DNA of 64,000 nt from Candidatus Hydrogenedentota bacterium (lineage in GTDB: Bacteria > Hydrogenedentota > Hydrogenedentia > Hydrogenedentales > SLHB01): the NCBI GenBank assembly GCA_045863295.1, contig BTWA01000010.1, positions 64,001-128,000 of the forward strand. The letters run 5' to 3'. The translations under genes were made by a program, and so were the position numbers. The stretch's first letter is position 1. Every line of letters begins with the position of its first letter. Below are positions 42,752 through 52,067 of the stretch, piece by piece. Below the pieces are notes generated by a model. It was given only the letters and a program-made list of their open reading frames with translations. It did no database searches and was not told where the DNA came from.

Positions 42752-44463
42752 CACGAGGTCTCCGCACGCCATTGAGGCGTGAAATCCGAAGGCTGTCCCG
42801 GCGCGCTGTAGTCATAGGGTCCGCGGTGGGCGCGCAACTCAAGTTCGTTTTCGCCCGCCCATTCCATCGTGGTTGCGTCCCACGGGTTTTCGGCCGCTTT
42901 CTTGCCCCAGAACAGGCTGTATACAAAATTGATCACGAACGGCAACTGCACAATCGCCAGGGCAAACGCCGAATGGGTCGCGGCTTTGTTCAAGAAGAAT
43001 ACGTCTTGTCCGTGGGCATAGGTCATGCCGCCGTCATACAAGCGGCGCGACACGGCGCCGAGCCCTTGCACCATCATGGGCAGGAACACCATGTTCATGA
43101 AAAACAGCGTGGGCCAGAAGTGAATGCGGCCGAGCAAGTCGTTCATTCTGCGGCCGGTGACTCGTGGAAACCAGTAATAGATGCCCGCGAACAGGGCGAA
43201 CAACGTGCCCGGAGCGACAACATAGTGGAAGTGGCCGATTACATAGTACGTATCATGCAGCACGATATTCGTGGCGGACAAGGCCAATGGTATGCCTGTG
43301 AATCCGCCCATGGCGAACATGGGGAGAAACGCCAGTGCGAACAACATCGGCACGGTGAAACGGATGCTGCCGCCCCATAACGACACCACCAGCGACGTGG
43401 CCAGGATGATGGAGGGGATTGAAATGATGAGCGTTGTCGCTTGGAAGAACGCGTTCATGGCGGTGCCCATGCCGGTGAGATACATGTGGTGCGCCCACAC
43501 CAGCATCGACATCAATCCCATGAACTTCGCCGCCATGACCATGCCTTTGTATCCCCACAGCGGTTTGCGGGAATTGTTGGCGATGATTTCCGCCACGATT
43601 CCGAATGCGGGGAGAATCAGCACGTAGACTTCGGGATGCGCGAGAAACCAGAACAGATGCTGCCACAGCAAGGCGCTTCCCCCACCGGAGACCTCCAATT
43701 CGCGCCCACTCACAACCAGCCCGCTCGGCAGAAAGAAACTCGAGCCCGACACCCGATCCATGATTTGCAGCACCGCCGCTGCCGCGAGCGGTGGAAACGC
43801 CAGCAGCAGCAACACCGCCGCCACCAACTGCGACCATACAAAGAAAGGCAACCGCATGAAGTGCATGCCCGGCGCGCGAAGCTGTACAACCGTGACGATG
43901 AGATTGATGCTCAAGAGCAGGTTGGAAAGATAGACCAGGGCCATTCCGGCAAGCCAATATGTCTGGCCCGCGAGTTCGATTACCGACAGCGGGGGATAGC
44001 TGGTCCATCCGCTGTTGGCTGGCCCCAGTTCCGTGAAGAAACTGGAGAGAATGACGAATCCGCCGGCCACGTAGCACCAGAATCCAATCCGGCTTAAGCG
44101 GGGAAAGGCCATGTTCGCCGCGCCAATCATGAGGGGAACCAGATAGGTACCAAATGCGGCCACGGCCAGTGGCACCACGGCGAGGAACACCATCAAGGTG
44201 CCATGCATTGCGCCGAGTTGGTTGTAGAAGTTCGGCTGCATGACGCCCCCGGCCATGGTGGGATGATCGGGTCCGAACAGCCGGCCGGCCCCGGGAATGG
44301 GCTCGCCCGGATAGGCCAATTGCCAGCGCATGAGCAGCACCAGGCCGAACGCCAGGGCAAGAAACAGCAGCGCCGTCAGGGCATAGGCCACCCCGACCGC
44401 TTTGTGATCCGTGGAAAACAAGAGGCGCCATCCCCCGATGCCGCTCTTCGATGTGCTTGTCAC
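42751..44463 (-). CDS. coxA: A-family heme-copper oxidase subunit I with non-canonical proton channels
   Basis: STDHK, MHG, GWTSYPPL, WFLAHPEVY, WAHHM, HDTYYVIGHFHY, RR; probable GTG start at 44463. Confidence 0.93.
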   Translation of the reverse strand: MTSTSKSGIGGWRLLFSTDHKAVGVAYALTALLFLALAFGLVLLMRWQLAYPGEPIPGAGRLFGPDHPTMAGGVMQPNFYNQLGAMHGTLMVFLAVVPLAVAAFGTYLVPLMIGAANMAFPRLSRIGFWCYVAGGFVILSSFFTELGPANSGWTSYPPLSVIELAGQTYWLAGMALVYLSNLLLSINLIVTVVQLRAPGMHFMRLPFFVWSQLVAAVLLLLAFPPLAAAAVLQIMDRVSGSSFFLPSGLVVSGRELEVSGGGSALLWQHLFWFLAHPEVYVLILPAFGIVAEIIANNSRKPLWGYKGMVMAAKFMGLMSMLVWAHHMYLTGMGTAMNAFFQATTLIISIPSIILATSLVVSLWGGSIRFTVPMLFALAFLPMFAMGGFTGIPLALSATNIVLHDTYYVIGHFHYVVAPGTLFALFAGIYYWFPRVTGRRMNDLLGRIHFWPTLFFMNMVFLPMMVQGLGAVSRRLYDGGMTYAHGQDVFFLNKAATHSAFALAIVQLPFVINFVYSLFWGKKAAENPWDATTMEWAGENELELRAHRGPYDYSAPGQPSDFTPQWRAETS

Positions 44464-44553
44464 GCGTGCTCTACCCCAACGACTGAACCCATGCAGGTAC
44501 TGCAAAGGGCGCGCACTCCCATTCCAGCGGAGCGCGCGCCTCGAATCGAAATA

Positions 44554-45267
44554 CTATTTGGCGCCCTTCTTATACACAAAGGTGAAATTCTGTTCCGCGT
44601 CGCCTTCCGCGGGTACTGTTACTTCGGCGGTTTGCGTGCCGAGGCGTTCATGCCACGCCTGAATGGTGTAGGTACCCGGTTCCAATCCTTCCAGCGCAAA
44701 CAGACCGTCCTTGCCGGAGACTGAATGGAAGGGATTATTCACCACCGCGATAAATGCGCGCATCCACGGGTGGATGTCGCACTTAACCGGAAACGGATCC
44801 TCGACTTGATCGAACACGATTTCCATTTCCGTCACCGTTTTCGACATTGCCCGGTTAAACGGTTTGTTTTTTCTGGGCATACCGTTCACGTTGTGCAAAA
44901 TCTCGTCGGGATTCAAGAACTTCACGGCCTGCCCGGCGTCGATAACGAGGACGCGTGGCTTGTACATGCAGCCTTCCTGCGTGAGCTCCGCCGGGGCGGT
45001 TTCGGCGGGGTACGTCTTGCCTTCGGGCAGTCCGGCGGTCACCGTAACGAGTACGTTGCCCAACTCCAGCGCATCCCCCAGGACGAGTACCTCGTTTACG
45101 GGCGGATTGTCCTTGTGCATTGCCGCGCAATGGGGATCCGCGCTCATGTCCACCGGGGGAATCTTGGGTACTTCGCCTTCAAACACGATTTTGCCTTTGA
45201 TGGATCCGGCCGAGGCCGTAATGGCCAACGCGGCGGCGGCCACAAGCACGGGAAACACTTTGAGCAT
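44554..45267 (-). CDS. Secreted cupredoxin-like / carboxypeptidase-regulatory-like domain protein
   Basis: Signal peptide; HNV...CDIHPWM type-1 Cu ligand pattern; C-terminal PGTYTIQAWHE. Confidence 0.8.
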   Translation of the reverse strand: MLKVFPVLVAAAALAITASAGSIKGKIVFEGEVPKIPPVDMSADPHCAAMHKDNPPVNEVLVLGDALELGNVLVTVTAGLPEGKTYPAETAPAELTQEGCMYKPRVLVIDAGQAVKFLNPDEILHNVNGMPRKNKPFNRAMSKTVTEMEIVFDQVEDPFPVKCDIHPWMRAFIAVVNNPFHSVSGKDGLFALEGLEPGTYTIQAWHERLGTQTAEVTVPAEGDAEQNFTFVYKKGAK

Positions 45268-45463
45268 TGCAAACTACTCCCAGATGACGGATACCTAGTC
45301 CCACTTCAGGTACAAGACGCGCCTTTGCGCAGAATCTTCAACGGTAGCAAAGGATTGGCCGGGGTTCAACTGCGGGAGGATTCCCGTTGTCCGGCCATTT
45401 CTCCGGAATGGGGCCTTCGGGTTCCCGTGTTTCGTTTATGCTAGACTTGAGACCTAATCCGAT

Positions 45464-46492
45464 ATGGAACAGGGGTTTGGACGAATTCACATGCAGTTGC
45501 ACGGTATAGGCGACGATCTCGACATCCTGGTAGTCGGCGCGGGGCCGGCCGCATTGGGTGTATTGCATGCGGCCAAGCAGGAAGGCCTCTCCGCCATCGC
45601 CTTGGACAAGGGACCTGTGTGTTCCGCGCTGTGTTCGCATCCCACCTACATGCGCTGGTTTTCCACGACGGACAAGCTTGAGCTGGGCGGTTTTCCTCTC
45701 GTTACGATGGAAAAGAACCCGACCCGCCAGGAGTATTTGAAGTATTGCCGGGCATTTGTTGCGTTTTTTGGTTTGCGTGTGGTGATGTACCACGAGGTGA
45801 TTTCGGTGACGGCGAATGGCGCCGGTTTCGTCGTGGTGGGCAAGGATCTGTATGGCCGCACCCGCGACTGGACCGCGAAGAACGTGGTATTCGCCACGGG
45901 CTTCTATGACAGTCCTCGCCGCCTGGGGGTGCCGGGAGAGGATTTGCCCAAGGTTTCGCACCGGTATACCGAAGCCCATTGGTATTTTGATCAGGACGTG
46001 CTCATCATCGGGTCGGGCAGTTCGGCTGCGGAAGTGGCGCTTGAATTGTGGCGCAACGGGGTCCGGGTGACGGTGGCCATGCGGAGCGATCGGTTTCACA
46101 CCAAGTACTGGATTGAACCCGACATCGAGAACCGGATCAAAGAAGGTTCGATCGAGTGTTACCGTAGCGTGGACGTTGTGGAGATCCGGCCTGACCATGT
46201 CGTTTTGAAAAGGCAAACCGGGGATACGGTGACCATCGACAACGACTTTGTGCTTGCCATGACCGGGTATGAACCAGACACGGCATTGGTCGAATCGATC
46301 GGATGCGAAGTCGATCATGGGTGCGGCAAGCCGGTGTTGAACGAGCGATTTGAAACGACCGTGCCCGGGGTCTACGTCGCGGGCACGTTGTGCGCCGGTC
46401 AGGAATCCAATGTTGTGTTCGTCGAAAACAGCCGCGATCATGGTCCGGCGATTGTTCGCGACATATTATCTAAACGAACCGCGGGCGTTTGA
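45464..46492 (+). CDS. YpdA-family FAD/NADPH disulfide reductase (bacillithiol reductase-like)
   Basis: GAGP, HPTYMRWFST, PTRQEYLKY, ATGFYD, SHRYTEAH, AMTGY, FVENSRDH; start may be 45491. Confidence 0.85.
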   Translation: MEQGFGRIHMQLHGIGDDLDILVVGAGPAALGVLHAAKQEGLSAIALDKGPVCSALCSHPTYMRWFSTTDKLELGGFPLVTMEKNPTRQEYLKYCRAFVAFFGLRVVMYHEVISVTANGAGFVVVGKDLYGRTRDWTAKNVVFATGFYDSPRRLGVPGEDLPKVSHRYTEAHWYFDQDVLIIGSGSSAAEVALELWRNGVRVTVAMRSDRFHTKYWIEPDIENRIKEGSIECYRSVDVVEIRPDHVVLKRQTGDTVTIDNDFVLAMTGYEPDTALVESIGCEVDHGCGKPVLNERFETTVPGVYVAGTLCAGQESNVVFVENSRDHGPAIVRDILSKRTAGV

Positions 46493-46504
46493 GGCGGAGT
46501 ATTC

Positions 46505-46954
46505 ATGGCGCAACTTATCATTACGATTTTGGCATGCGTTTTGTCGGTGTTGCTTGCGTTGTTCTTCATGTATCTCAGTGGATTGCACCGGTATTGGGCA
46601 TTGGGCGGCACCTGGCTCCGGAATGATGTGATTCCCGAAGTGGACGGCAAGCCCGTTTTCCAGATGCATCCCGCGCCCGCCATGATCGCCGCGATCGCGT
46701 TTATTCTGGCGGCATTCATTGTCACCGGACGGGTCGGTTTTTTTGGGCGGCTGGCGCCGCCGGCGTTTTTTTATTGGGCCAACTGGCTGTTGGCGATCGC
46801 TTTCTTCGCGCGCGGCATTGGTGACTTTCGTCTATTCGGTCTCTTCAAGAAGGTGCGTGACACCCGGTTCGCGCGGCTTGATTCCAAGGTTTTCGTGCCG
46901 GTGGCGTTTGTGTTGGGTATCGGCGTTGCGCTGCTGGGCCTGTACCCTCGCTGA
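46505..46954 (+). CDS. DUF3995-like membrane protein
   Basis: LH.YWALGG.W, RGIGDF, FARLD...P pattern. Confidence 0.75.
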   Translation: MAQLIITILACVLSVLLALFFMYLSGLHRYWALGGTWLRNDVIPEVDGKPVFQMHPAPAMIAAIAFILAAFIVTGRVGFFGRLAPPAFFYWANWLLAIAFFARGIGDFRLFGLFKKVRDTRFARLDSKVFVPVAFVLGIGVALLGLYPR

Positions 46955-46958
46955 CCGG

Positions 46959-48461
46959 TTACAACTTGTACAACGATCCGAACTTGGTGTTGAGATATCG
47001 CAGGTAGGCATCTGCCGTGGGCTCTTTGCCGGTGGCTTCGCGCAGGATATCGGGTGTGAGTTTGCGCCGGCCGATGCGATGAATCTTTTCCCTCAGCCAA
47101 TCGAGCAACGGTTTGAACTCGCCTTTTTCCACATGACTCCAGAGTTCCGGGATATCGGCCTGTATTGTTTCGAACAAGTGGGCGGCGTAGAGGTTGCCCA
47201 GTGTGTAGGTGGGAAAATAGCCGATTCCTCCGTGCGACCAGTGGATATCCTGCAGGCAGCCCTGGGCATCGTTCGGCACATCCAGGCCGAGGTACTGTTT
47301 AATTTTCGCGTTCCATGCCTCGGGCACATCGGCCACCTTTAACGTGCCTTCGATCAGCCCGACTTCGATCTCGAAGCGGAGAATGACATGCAGATTGTAG
47401 GTGCATTCATCGGCTTCCACGCGAATGAGCGACGGGGCCACCGCGTTGATGGCTTGATACACGGTTTCGGGGGTCACAGAGTCGAGTCGCCCGGGATAGG
47501 CCTCGCGAAGTATCGGTGTGAACCATTTCCAGAACGGCAGGCTTCTGCCAATCAGGTTTTCCCACATCCGGGATTGGGATTCGTGTATGCCGAGCGACGG
47601 GCCGTCGGCTACGGGCGTGAAGGCGTCTGCCCGGTCGTGGCCCTGCGAATAGAGGCCGTGCCCCGCTTCGTGCATGGTGCCGGTGAGCGCGGAAAAGAGT
47701 TCCTTCGGATTGATTCGCGTGGTAATGCGGACATCGCCCATGTCGAGTGCCATGGAAAAGGGGTGAACCGATTTGTCCTGTCGGCCCGCGTCGAGATCGT
47801 ATCCGAATTGTTTCAGCGCCCGGAGACACAAGGCCCATTGGGCGGACTCGTCCCAAGTGCCTTCGGTCCAGTCTGTGTCGGGCTGGTTGGGCGACTGCTT
47901 GATACGCTCGACCAGCGCGCTTTGTTTCGCCGCGAGATCGGCGAAGAGCGGCTTCAACGTTTCCACGGTCATTCCCCGCTCGAATTCCTCCAGCAGGGCG
48001 TTGTAGGGCGAGCCCGTGTAGCCCATGTAGTCGGCTTTGCGGCGGCAGAGGTCCACGACCTTTTGCAGCCAGGGTTGGAAGGTTTTGAAGTGGTTGTTTT
48101 TGCGGGCGCCCACCCAGGCTTCGTAGGCCTGGCTCGTCGTCTGCGCGAACTCATGCACGAACGATTCGGGGAGGCGTGTGGCACGGTCGAAATCGTACCG
48201 GCACACGTCCAGCAGGGCCAAATCGTCGTCACTCAGGTGTTGCCGATCCGCCGCGAGTCTTTCAAGAACGCGGCCGACTTCCGCGTCGGTAAACATGCGG
48301 TGAGCCATCGCAGACAGCGTTGCCAACTGCCTGCCTCGCAATTCAGCTCCCTTGGGCGGCATATTTACTTCCTGGTCCCATTGAAGCAACGAAACGGCCG
48401 AGCGGACATCCGTTACGCGGCCCATTTGTTCCCGGAGTATTTCGGCGGTTGTCGGTGACAT
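46959..48461 (-). CDS. Carboxypeptidase Taq family (M32) metallopeptidase
   Basis: WDQE, HPF, DVRITTR, HEAGH, HESQS, IRVEADE, QDIHW, GYFPTY. Confidence 0.97.
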   Translation of the reverse strand: MSPTTAEILREQMGRVTDVRSAVSLLQWDQEVNMPPKGAELRGRQLATLSAMAHRMFTDAEVGRVLERLAADRQHLSDDDLALLDVCRYDFDRATRLPESFVHEFAQTTSQAYEAWVGARKNNHFKTFQPWLQKVVDLCRRKADYMGYTGSPYNALLEEFERGMTVETLKPLFADLAAKQSALVERIKQSPNQPDTDWTEGTWDESAQWALCLRALKQFGYDLDAGRQDKSVHPFSMALDMGDVRITTRINPKELFSALTGTMHEAGHGLYSQGHDRADAFTPVADGPSLGIHESQSRMWENLIGRSLPFWKWFTPILREAYPGRLDSVTPETVYQAINAVAPSLIRVEADECTYNLHVILRFEIEVGLIEGTLKVADVPEAWNAKIKQYLGLDVPNDAQGCLQDIHWSHGGIGYFPTYTLGNLYAAHLFETIQADIPELWSHVEKGEFKPLLDWLREKIHRIGRRKLTPDILREATGKEPTADAYLRYLNTKFGSLYKL

Positions 48462-48524
48462 GCGTGTACTTTCTACTCAATTGTTGTACCCAGAATTTGC
48501 ACTGGCGCCATGGCGCGCCGGGGG

Positions 48525-48986
48525 TTATCGCACGGTAAACGAGTCCCCCACGGCAATGCGGCCGCCTTGAATCACCCGGCCATGGACTCCCGCGCGGCAA
48601 AAAGGAGTCAGGCTTTTCCGCAGTCCCTGTTCAATCTGATCCATCAGTCCGCAGGGATATGTTTCGCCTTTGATTTCCACGACGACTTCGCCGACCTGTA
48701 TGGTCTGGTCGATGAGCGGTCCCATGGGGAGGCCTTCAATGAGCACGTTCGCGCGGCGGCTGTGCCATGGGAGATCCGACCCCATTTCATTCACGGTTTC
48801 TTGCCATTGTTCCTTGGAGATGAACGTGATTCCGCGGTCGGGCTTGACCGGAAGGTCGCCGACCAGACCGGCGCCGGGCTCCGCGATGACTTCGTCGACT
48901 TCCTTCATGGGTCCGTTCTTGAATGTGCGCAATGCGATGCCGGCCACTTTGCCTTGCATTGGGGATTGTGTGTTCATCATTTGCAC
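48525..48986 (-). CDS. MOSC domain protein
   Basis: GLVGD, RRANV, PC..M, G.I.VGD. Confidence 0.85.
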   Translation of the reverse strand: MQMMNTQSPMQGKVAGIALRTFKNGPMKEVDEVIAEPGAGLVGDLPVKPDRGITFISKEQWQETVNEMGSDLPWHSRRANVLIEGLPMGPLIDQTIQVGEVVVEIKGETYPCGLMDQIEQGLRKSLTPFCRAGVHGRVIQGGRIAVGDSFTVR

Positions 48987-49010
48987 CCTCGCCTGCCGAA
49001 TAGCTTCGCC

Positions 49011-50228
49011 CTATTGTGCCGCCGGATTCTTTCTTGAATCCACGCTATGCGTACCCGGGAGTATAGTCACTTTTTCCGCGCCGTAGTAGATGGATGGAGT
49101 CTTTCCCTGCAGCACCCTCGCGCCTTGCGGGTCATAGTCCAATTCCAACACCTCGTCGGGCGAGGCCGTTGAGATGGATACGTCTCCTATCTTTATGAAT
49201 GCGGCGTTGCATGCGACGATTCTCACGGGAAGCGAGCCATGAAATCGTATCCAGGCAAAGGCCCCTGCAAAATGAATGCGATGAAAAGGTTCCATCACTT
49301 CGCTTCCCGCCGTTCCGTTGGAGAGCAAGAGCACATCCGTGTATACGCTGTTGAAGGAAATCTCGACCCCCGTGAACGATTCGGGCAGGGCACGGCCGTT
49401 CATGGTTTCCAGGGGCAGCCTCCGCGCGGATGCGATTGCGGGCCTGCCCCGATAGGGCTCCATTATGCCGATAAACGTCGAATCGAGATCGGGTTTGCTT
49501 ATGTGCCGTTGCACGAATATCCACGGGACCCATTGGGTTGTTGTTGCCGCCACGTCCTGGGCAGGCGATTCCGCCACCGTGACGTCGGCATAGTCCGTCA
49601 AGCCGGTGTATCGCAGATGGCGCGGATTGTCACCGGTTTCCAATTGCCAATCGGCAATCCACCCGGGCGTTGAACGCGTGGCGGTCCGGTAATTTCGCAA
49701 CGGCGAGTCTGTGAGAAATGGCGGCGTGGGCAGCGGAGCGATGCCTTGTATTGCCATGATGCCGGGCAGTGCATGCAGGGTATAGGTGTGCATCCTCCCA
49801 CCGGAGCAATTGAAGCAATCAAACAGGTACGATCCGCCTTCGGCCGTTTCCACGAGGGCCACCGAGCGCGCGTACCCTCTTGACTCATTGACCGCGGGGG
49901 CTTCCAGCCGCACCGCCTTGAAGCCCTCGGCGTGGGCCTGCAATGCCACGCGGGCTTTTCCGGGGCTTTGGGATGTGTTGTCCACAGAGACCGTGGGACT
50001 TAGCATCGTTGTGTTTTGCCATGACGCCCATTCGTGGGGCGTGGGAATCAGCGATTTGCCCGACGCTGTCAATCCGAGGGCCAATGCAAACGGTGAATCC
50101 GGGTTGGATGTAGTCTGGATATGGACCGTGACACGTTCGGGATCGTTCCCCACGTGGAGTTGCACCGTGGGTTGATCGTTGTTGCCGGATTGAGCCGTCG
50201 CGGTCATGCCGACAAGCGCGCACCACAT
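49011..50228 (-). CDS. Hypothetical exported protein resembling heparinase II/III C-terminal beta domains
   Basis: Y.RSVALV...YLFD.F...GG..H.Y..H and L.STF..IMEPY pattern; start uncertain. Confidence 0.45.
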   Translation of the reverse strand: MWCALVGMTATAQSGNNDQPTVQLHVGNDPERVTVHIQTTSNPDSPFALALGLTASGKSLIPTPHEWASWQNTTMLSPTVSVDNTSQSPGKARVALQAHAEGFKAVRLEAPAVNESRGYARSVALVETAEGGSYLFDCFNCSGGRMHTYTLHALPGIMAIQGIAPLPTPPFLTDSPLRNYRTATRSTPGWIADWQLETGDNPRHLRYTGLTDYADVTVAESPAQDVAATTTQWVPWIFVQRHISKPDLDSTFIGIMEPYRGRPAIASARRLPLETMNGRALPESFTGVEISFNSVYTDVLLLSNGTAGSEVMEPFHRIHFAGAFAWIRFHGSLPVRIVACNAAFIKIGDVSISTASPDEVLELDYDPQGARVLQGKTPSIYYGAEKVTILPGTHSVDSRKNPAAQ

Positions 50229-50275
50229 CCACGCGCACGGGATTCTCCAAGACCGTTTTATAGCGGTGAACCCAT

Positions 50276-51106
50276 TCAGGCGGTCACCTCCGGCGCGATT
50301 TCGATGAGAAGGCGTTTGAACACGGCAGCCTGCACTTCATCCTGCAGGCGGTCATAGGAGTGTATGAGGTTTCGCAGAAACCGGCGCATGATTGCCGTGG
50401 TGGATGCGGGCTCGGTCATGAGCCGATCGGCGGAGCCGTGCGGCAGGTTTTGCCGGAGGGTATCCATCTCGCGGGTGGTGAGCAGGCGTCCGCTGTCGAA
50501 GCAATCGAAATAGAGCGGTATGGAATTCATTTCCGAGCGGGCCAGGAAGTGGCCCGGGGCGTCGACGCCCTGGACTTGCACGCCCACGCGCTGGCCTACG
50601 AGCATGAAGAGGCAGCACAAGCTGATGGGCAAGCCTTGCTTATCCTGCAGCACATGGATCATGTTGCTGTTCAGCGGCTGGTAGTAGTCATCGTGGTTGC
50701 CTCGGAATTGCTTTGAGACGAACAGGAACCGGCTCAGGGAGATGGGGTCGCGGGCGCTGCGCGTTCCGAGATACTCTTCCGCCAGCGGGTCCAGCAAATC
50801 GCCGAGGCTCACGGGCGGCTTCCACCCGTATTGGTACCATGCCATCAGTTCGAGACCGGCTTCCAATTGGGGATCCAGCAGCCATTGCCGCCATGCCTTT
50901 TCCCGTGCGTCGTCTTCGTGGCGCTTCACCAGAATGGCTTGCAGCAGCCGCCGTTGTTCGGGGGTGACGGATTCGTAGACCGCCTCCAGTTCATGCTCCA
51001 ACTCGTCGCCAAAGGCGAGCAATTCCTGTTCGATCCGCTCGCGGACCGCCGGCGATTCGTCATCGAGGAGTCTGATGAGGTGGGGAATCTGTGCACGATC
51101 GACCAT
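50276..51106 (-). CDS. SirB1 / transglutaminase-like family protein
   Basis: LLDDES, F.GN..DYY.P.NS, GLPISL, PGHFL, R.LRNL; GAAGGA RBS. Confidence 0.85.
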   Translation of the reverse strand: MVDRAQIPHLIRLLDDESPAVRERIEQELLAFGDELEHELEAVYESVTPEQRRLLQAILVKRHEDDAREKAWRQWLLDPQLEAGLELMAWYQYGWKPPVSLGDLLDPLAEEYLGTRSARDPISLSRFLFVSKQFRGNHDDYYQPLNSNMIHVLQDKQGLPISLCCLFMLVGQRVGVQVQGVDAPGHFLARSEMNSIPLYFDCFDSGRLLTTREMDTLRQNLPHGSADRLMTEPASTTAIMRRFLRNLIHSYDRLQDEVQAAVFKRLLIEIAPEVTA

Positions 51107-51271
51107 GCGTCTATCCTTCAACGTCCGGCGAGCCATTACCACGGGCCTATTGTACGTCCGTTCATTTAGCGGCGCAAATGCGCGGGAAGTCCCGACAGTC
51201 GATCCTCCAGGTCGCCCCGGCGTTGCCTTGCCGCTATAATCGAGCCGGGACAACCTTTGGGAGACCATGCC

Positions 51272-51730
51272 ATGGACTTAAAGAGTTGCCGTGACACCGT
51301 TCGCCAGCTTGCCTTTTTGAATTCCTTGCCGGAGACCATGACGGACGGCCTCGGCATGATTTTTCTGTGGATTGGCTTCGATGAAGTATTGCCCGACGGC
51401 GCGGTGGTATTCGAAGAAGGGGACGACAAGGATGTCACGGGCGCGGTGCTTTTGCGCGGCCGCGTATCGATTGCACGTTCCGGCGGCGACGCCGTGGAGA
51501 TTGCCGCTCCCGAATTGCTGGGCGAGATGCAACAACTGACCGACACGGCCCAACGCACCGCCACGGTGACGGCTGTGGGCGAAGTGGAATTGCTTCGCTT
51601 TGAGTGGCACGAGTTGGTGGGTCTTGCGGGTTCCATGTTTACCCCCCAGGAACAGATGTTGATTCGCGATGCGCTGGCGGCGCTGTCCAAGTCGCGTGCC
51701 GCGCACGAGTCGTCCTCGTCCGAGGCGTGA
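51272..51730 (+). CDS. Cyclic nucleotide-binding domain protein
   Basis: VFEEGD, GEM, RTATV motifs. Confidence 0.85.
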   Translation: MDLKSCRDTVRQLAFLNSLPETMTDGLGMIFLWIGFDEVLPDGAVVFEEGDDKDVTGAVLLRGRVSIARSGGDAVEIAAPELLGEMQQLTDTAQRTATVTAVGEVELLRFEWHELVGLAGSMFTPQEQMLIRDALAALSKSRAAHESSSSEA

Positions 51731-51778
51731 GCGTGCCCCACTACCCTTTACGGCCGGGGTGTTGCACCTGAGATTTAC

Positions 51779-51815
51779 TAGCGGATTGTAACAAGGGGTT
51801 TTGAGGGATATTCGC
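51779..51815. repeat. Dispersed 37-bp non-coding repeat, copy B
   Basis: TAGCGGATTGTAACAAGGGGTTTTGAGGGATATTCGC; 34/37 identical to 39495-39531. Confidence 0.85.
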
Positions 51816-52067
51816 TAGCCCGGATATTTCACGACTTTGTCCAATTAACTGTGTACCAACAATTCAACCGGCCTGTTACCAAAACTGGCGCACTTTCAGT
51901 GTGCACGTGAAATATCCTCAGCGATTCAAGTTTAAGGAATTCTGTGTGAGCATTTTACACCACGGAGACTGTACTTCAGTCTTCCACGCACGATTTAAGC
52001 GTGGTGCAAAATGCGGGCTTGTTGCGTTGCCCTGTGAATTGAATAGGCGCCGTAATCCGTTTATTGA

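Noticed and set aside
51166..51741. Minus-strand ORF starting right after repeat copy B
   Set aside because: Antisense to the cNMP-domain gene, Ser/Ala-rich with no motif
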